A stretch of 64,000 nucleotides of DNA, taken from positions 64,252 through 128,251 of IMG/VR virus record IMGVR_UViG_3300025390_000003; one strand, written 5' to 3'. This document shows positions 59,308 through 64,000 of the stretch, one piece after another (the stretch's first letter is position 1; the number at the start of each line of letters is the position of its first letter). The notes below the pieces were generated by a model, which made no database searches, was not told the origin of the DNA, and saw only the letters and a program-made list of their open reading frames with translations. The translations under genes were made by a program, and so were the position numbers. This stretch comes from a virus. Lineage: Duplodnaviria > Caudoviricetes.

Positions 59308-62253
59308 TTAAATCATTAAAACCCCATCCAAACTAACATCCAATTCGTTACGAGTTGTGAATTTTTTAAATGATGTTATCTTAGCTTCTTTTAAATCTTC
59401 TTTTGGTATAGTAGTTCCCAAGGTTTTTTTAATAGAAGCTTCCATAGATTTATCGATTTCTGCTAATTCTCTTTGTGCTTGAAGTATTTTTTGTAGTTCA
59501 GGAGAATCTTCGCCTTTTTGGTTTTGGAATATTTCTCTATATGTCTGTATTATTTTAGCTAATTCTTTCTTCTTTTCTACTTTATCATACAATTCAGAAT
59601 CCAATCCGGTATTGAGAATGTATATCACTTCAATGTCTTGATTTGTATTAATACGGAAAATACGACCTTCGCTTTGTTCTACTGCTTCAGGTGTCCAATC
59701 ATAATCATTTACTATCATTGTTTTGAACGTATTTGGGAAGGATATACCAGTACCACCCATCTTCATACTCATCACAAGTGCTTTAACATTAGGATTTAAC
59801 GCAGATTCTTTCACCTTATTTCTATCTTTCTTTGATGTAGAACTTAAGAATGTTAATACTTTCCAAGAAGGGTTGATTTTTTCAAGGGTGTTTCTTAATT
59901 TTTCGGTAATTTCTTCTCCAGCTTTTATGAAATTTGTGAATATTAGAACTTTACTTGCTGCATAATCATTTTCTGGTTTGTCTTTATTTTCAAATATTTT
60001 AGCGACAGCAGTTTCCACCGTTTCGTCTGCTTTAAACTTCGCCACAATTTCACGATATGCTATTAATTGTGAAATTGCTAAATCGCTATCTTTATATGAT
60101 TTTAATTTTTCTTTATATTCTTTATTAAACTCTGTCTGTTTATTTGCTATGACACTTTTAATATCCTTATTGATTTCCATATTAGGCATATCTTCTCCCT
60201 TTTGCTGCCTCATGTCTTTTTTAGTGTGCCTGATATATACTCCTGATAAATTTAGCCATTTGTTTAATCTTTCTGCTGCTAATATACGATCATCAAATGT
60301 TCCTTCTACATATGCTCCACCATAACCTTCAGGAACCATACCCGCAAATTCTTTCTTGAATGTTCCTTCTTTAATTCTACCAAGAGGATGCCCCAACATT
60401 GCTAATTGATTCCTTACATCCAATGGTGTATTTGATGATACTGTTGCTGTTGCTCCCCACTTTATAGGTATTGTCGCTGCAACCTTTTCGATATTTTGTG
60501 AACGCTTAGATTTGCTGTGTTTAATCTTGTGTAATTCGTCCAAAATTAAAACACCAAATTTTTCGTTTTCCAATATCTTAACATTAGTTTCTAAACTCTT
60601 TCCTGATGAAAAATTGTCGTAATAAATAACTGTCCATTTCTTAGGATTTGTGGGATCAATAGAAATTTCTTTGCGTTCATCTTCTCCCATAATACTAACA
60701 ATTTCATCCACAAATTGTTTCTGGACGTTTTTTAATGTTACTATTAAGGTTTTTTGGTTTTTCTCTTTCATTAATAATTCCGCAGCATAAATTAATTGCA
60801 CGGTTTTACCACCACCAGTTTCAGAACCAAGAATTGCATATTTTCTATCATATAAGAAACGAACGCCTTCACGTTGCAAGCTGTACAATTCGAAAATACT
60901 ATTTGGAAATTCCTTCTCTATTGCTTCGTCGATTGCTTGTTGTGTTTTTAACTTAATTTGTCTAGGTATAATTGCACTTTCATCACGTTTCTTTAATACA
61001 ATCTTCCTTAAATTGTCAACATCATAGCCGTTTGCTTTTAATATCTGTCCAAATTTTATATATTGGTCATAATCTCCCGCAATCTGATAATCGTATGTTT
61101 GTGCTCTCCATATATAATCAGGGAACATAAATTTTACCGTTTGTTTAACAAATGTTTTATCTTCTGGTGATAATGTTCTCCAACCGACTTTTACAATCAT
61201 TGAATTTCCGCCAATATCCTCAAATTGTAATGAATTGTTTAATGTATCATTTCCTGATGTTACTTCTGTTGCAGGTTGTTTTGCGAAATATTCATCTAAT
61301 TCTGTTGTATCTAATGGTGATAACGCAGGTTTTATTTTTTCGTAATCTTCCTTGTTTGTGCTTAATACATATTCTGAAATTCCATCTGTTCCGTATCCAG
61401 CATAATTCAATATTTTGGGAGTAAATCCCTTATCTTTTAATGAGAAAAATAAACTTTTTGATACTTGAGAATTTTTTCCAAGTTTGATACGTAGTTTTTT
61501 ACCATATACGGTATCTTCTTCCTTAACTATTTCTATCTTTGAATTTGTTGTAGGTTGACTTTCGTTTCCTTCATCGCCAATTTTCACCACTTCTATATTG
61601 GGAAACACTGTCTCTAGTATTTTTGGTATTAAAACGGGATCAACAAAATATGTATCGATATTTCCTTTATCTTGTGAGAATTTTTTGAATCTTGGATATC
61701 CAAAATTTCCATATGAATCTTGTTCTTTTTGTGCGCCTTCTTCTTCAAATTGTGCATCTATAACCTTATTGATCTTCATTTTAGTTGAACGATCAAGGTC
61801 TTTTGGAAATGCCACAGATATTTTACCATAAGATTTTTTAGTATAATCTATTATGATTTTATCTCCTACACCTTCTGGTTTATCATTTAAAACTGGAGAA
61901 TCTTCTCTTTGTTTTGCCCTAATTGTTTCATCAACTTTAGATTTTAGTTGGAAATATTCAGGAAATTGGGTGTTTCTGTATGCTCCCAATACGTTTATCA
62001 TTCGTATTGCAAGCGGAATGGGAATTTCTGGAGTATCTAATTCTCCGTTTCTGATAACATTTGTAGCCCAAGTATAATCACCACCATTAAATCCCCAATC
62101 ATTCTTTTCAACAGGAGCACCACGCCCATGCATATCCATTATTGCTGCTTTTAATTCTTCAATAGCTTCTCCACCAACCATTCCTTGATCTTCTTGGATT
62201 CTATAAATGGAGTTATAAGCATCTAATAATAAGGTTTTTTCTAGTAATGACAT
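59308..62253 (-). CDS. SNF2-family helicase/translocase
   Basis: LYSLQREG, ETGGGKT, DELH, ATAT, KVLIF, GTGISF, WTP...EQSEGRIFR; ATAAATA upstream. Confidence 0.88.
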   Translation of the reverse strand: MSLLEKTLLLDAYNSIYRIQEDQGMVGGEAIEELKAAIMDMHGRGAPVEKNDWGFNGGDYTWATNVIRNGELDTPEIPIPLAIRMINVLGAYRNTQFPEYFQLKSKVDETIRAKQREDSPVLNDKPEGVGDKIIIDYTKKSYGKISVAFPKDLDRSTKMKINKVIDAQFEEEGAQKEQDSYGNFGYPRFKKFSQDKGNIDTYFVDPVLIPKILETVFPNIEVVKIGDEGNESQPTTNSKIEIVKEEDTVYGKKLRIKLGKNSQVSKSLFFSLKDKGFTPKILNYAGYGTDGISEYVLSTNKEDYEKIKPALSPLDTTELDEYFAKQPATEVTSGNDTLNNSLQFEDIGGNSMIVKVGWRTLSPEDKTFVKQTVKFMFPDYIWRAQTYDYQIAGDYDQYIKFGQILKANGYDVDNLRKIVLKKRDESAIIPRQIKLKTQQAIDEAIEKEFPNSIFELYSLQREGVRFLYDRKYAILGSETGGGKTVQLIYAAELLMKEKNQKTLIVTLKNVQKQFVDEIVSIMGEDERKEISIDPTNPKKWTVIYYDNFSSGKSLETNVKILENEKFGVLILDELHKIKHSKSKRSQNIEKVAATIPIKWGATATVSSNTPLDVRNQLAMLGHPLGRIKEGTFKKEFAGMVPEGYGGAYVEGTFDDRILAAERLNKWLNLSGVYIRHTKKDMRQQKGEDMPNMEINKDIKSVIANKQTEFNKEYKEKLKSYKDSDLAISQLIAYREIVAKFKADETVETAVAKIFENKDKPENDYAASKVLIFTNFIKAGEEITEKLRNTLEKINPSWKVLTFLSSTSKKDRNKVKESALNPNVKALVMSMKMGGTGISFPNTFKTMIVNDYDWTPEAVEQSEGRIFRINTNQDIEVIYILNTGLDSELYDKVEKKKELAKIIQTYREIFQNQKGEDSPELQKILQAQRELAEIDKSMEASIKKTLGTTIPKEDLKEAKITSFKKFTTRNELDVSLDGVLMI

Positions 62254-62277
62254 GATATACTTATTTATGTATATCTT

Positions 62278-63048
62278 CTACTCTTTTATGTAGTTTGGTA
62301 AATCGTTCAACTCTTTTGGTAATATTTCACGATTTATCATTTCTTCCATATGAATCAATGCCATAATATTAAACATTGCTTGTCCTGCGTGGTCTTCATC
62401 CTTTTTACCTTCTAAATATTGATCGATATGTCTTTTAGCAGAATCTATTAAACGAGACATATTCATTCCTAATTCCCAATTTCTTGATGAATATTTTAAT
62501 GCACCCTTTTCTAAGACTATTGCTAATCTTCTAGTTGCAATGGGACTAATTAGATCATATCTACCTTTTCCTTCTGAAGTGTCTCTAATTGCACCAGTAG
62601 AAAATTCTTGTCTTTTTCCAGAATCTTTTAAGACAAATGGATCATCCTTAGATTTACTATGTATTTCTTTTTCTTTAGGTTCGTCTTTTCTTGCTTTTAT
62701 ATCTTCAAATTTTAATTCTTTCATATCTGTATAATCATCATTTAATTCATATACGGGGATACTACATTCGATAGCAACTTTAACTTCCAATTTTGCACCC
62801 TTAGATTTTTCCCATCCTTTTAATAACACCACACCATCACTATTCATCACTTCAGGTAAATCTATCTGCATGTAGTGTTTAAACGGCTTCTGTGGGTCTT
62901 TATCAGGGTCAAATCCATCTTTTATATCAAACTCTGCTGGACTAAAAACATCATGCCCTTGTTCTCTGAGTTTCTTTGCAGCTTTATCAAATTCTGGAAA
63001 GTTATAAGATTGATACCCTGCCATTGGACCCGCTAAATAGTATTTCAT
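62278..63048 (-). CDS. DUF4406 (deoxyribosyltransferase-like) fused to DUF5664 (dATP/dGTP diphosphohydrolase-like)
   Basis: YLAGPM...FSPAE...GWEKSKGAKLE; FSTGAIRD..GKGRYDLI...GALKYSSRNWELG...RH...DH. Confidence 0.82.
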   Translation of the reverse strand: MKYYLAGPMAGYQSYNFPEFDKAAKKLREQGHDVFSPAEFDIKDGFDPDKDPQKPFKHYMQIDLPEVMNSDGVVLLKGWEKSKGAKLEVKVAIECSIPVYELNDDYTDMKELKFEDIKARKDEPKEKEIHSKSKDDPFVLKDSGKRQEFSTGAIRDTSEGKGRYDLISPIATRRLAIVLEKGALKYSSRNWELGMNMSRLIDSAKRHIDQYLEGKKDEDHAGQAMFNIMALIHMEEMINREILPKELNDLPNYIKE

Positions 63049-63102
63049 ATGTGATATATTAACACAAATTAAAATACTTTCAAGTTTGTGAATATATTTT
63101 TA

Positions 63103-63672
63103 TTATAAATCTGCTTTTGTTATTTTTCCTAATAGTTTTCCGTTACTATGCAAATCAGTTACTATATCAGATAATGTTTTATTTTTTAATGTATTATCTT
63201 GCAATTTATAAAACTTCATTCTTGCAGTTCCTTTCTGTAATTTATCTAGTGTGATTCTTTGCACAGGAAATATTGCTGATAATAATCCCCAAATATCTGA
63301 TTTAACATGAAACATTGAAATTTCTACTGTTCCATATAATGATCGAAATACCACATTTTTACAATATTTCATGGTTTCTTCTATATGAATAGGATTTAAT
63401 ACTTCGTTTATTATACTAAAAGCATATTCTCCTGATGATTTCTTTACTAAAATTACTGAAATCGGCTTAACATCTTTCGCTACTCCAAATTCTTCTATTT
63501 CATCTTTAATTGGTATTTTAAATCCGACTATATCACTAATCTGATGTGCCTTTGCTACGAATCTATACCCATGACTCTCAGTGAATTCTCCAATAGATAT
63601 AAAATATACGTGAATCATTTCATGTATTAGAACGGCATCCAAAGCTTGTTCAGAACGTTTTAATATATTAGA
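63103..63672 (-). pseudogene. SprT-like metalloprotease, 3' part separated from its 5' end by an IS
   Basis: SNILKRSEQALDAVLIHEMIH...HGYRF; no ATG before the tnpB-bearing element. Confidence 0.65.
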
Positions 63673-63692
63673 GTTAGATAAAATATAGAATT

Positions 63693-64000
63693 TTATCCTT
63701 TTTGTATGGAATGAGGGACTTTAAGCTCCTCACCTTCAAATGTAAAAACTCCATTCGGTTTCCAAAAGAAACCCTTTTTGAGATTCAACCTTCTACTACG
63801 AAATTCCACTCCCAAATCAGGAAACTTACTTCTATGTAATACATTATAAGCACCATTCTGATCTGCATCAGTGGTATACCCACAATTTTTACATTTAAAT
63901 ATTTTCCCTTTTCGATTGGTCTTTCGTACCAAATAGCATTTTGGACACTGTTGAGAGTTATAAGTGGAATCCACGAGAGAAAATAAAACCTTTATTTCCT
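63693..64000 (-). CDS. tnpB: TnpB C-terminal part (second, unrelated IS; runs off the window)
   Basis: YNSQQCPKC...FKCKNCG...DADQNGAYN (Zn finger and RuvC III). Confidence 0.85.
   Translation of the reverse strand, partial: EIKVLFSLVDSTYNSQQCPKCYLVRKTNRKGKIFKCKNCGYTTDADQNGAYNVLHRSKFPDLGVEFRSRRLNLKKGFFWKPNGVFTFEGEELKVPHSIQKG

Noticed and set aside
680-62734. Many short ORFs antisense to long genes (e.g. 1824, 5011, 10532, 47829, 59978)
   Set aside because: Shadow ORFs fully overlapping well-supported genes on the other strand.
1-64000. Stop-codon reassignment as in some large phages
   Set aside because: Core genes are full length in the standard code, and TAA, TAG and TGA all end genes.
1-64000. 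tRNA genes
   Set aside because: No cloverleaf recognised in the short intergenic gaps; tRNAscan-SE would be needed to exclude them.

Overview
AT-rich segment of a large T4-like myophage genome in the standard genetic code. The left ~38 kb is almost all minus-strand: tail sheath, gp3-like tail protein, a fractured large terminase, the replication and recombination core (gp45, gp32, gp41, UvsX, gp43, gp46/47, UvsW, UvsY) and late sigma gp55. The right ~26 kb is mixed-strand accessory DNA with primase, gp4, nucleotide enzymes and a lysis pair. Highlights: (1) TerL is split at Walker A by an atypical split intein (31-aa IntN, 120-aa IntC) around a free-standing Vsr-like endonuclease, and each piece has its own late promoter. 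(2) There are five inteins in total, including one in gp55 and a cysteine-free one in PolB. (3) A 12-gene glycosyltransferase/methyltransferase island sits between gp47 and gp46. (4) About 10 late genes carry T4-type capsid-targeting N-termini, including a SNF2 helicase + ArdC-like cluster that may be a co-injected anti-defence kit. (5) An IS605-type element borders a truncated thyA, and a 49-bp miniature derivative sits silently on the dUTPase stop codon. (6) A GH75 chitosanase lies beside a u-spanin-like lipoprotein. (7) Many genes have their own promoter a few nt from the start codon with no Shine-Dalgarno. No tRNA, rRNA or CRISPR array was recognised. All family calls are from motif recognition; no database searches were run.
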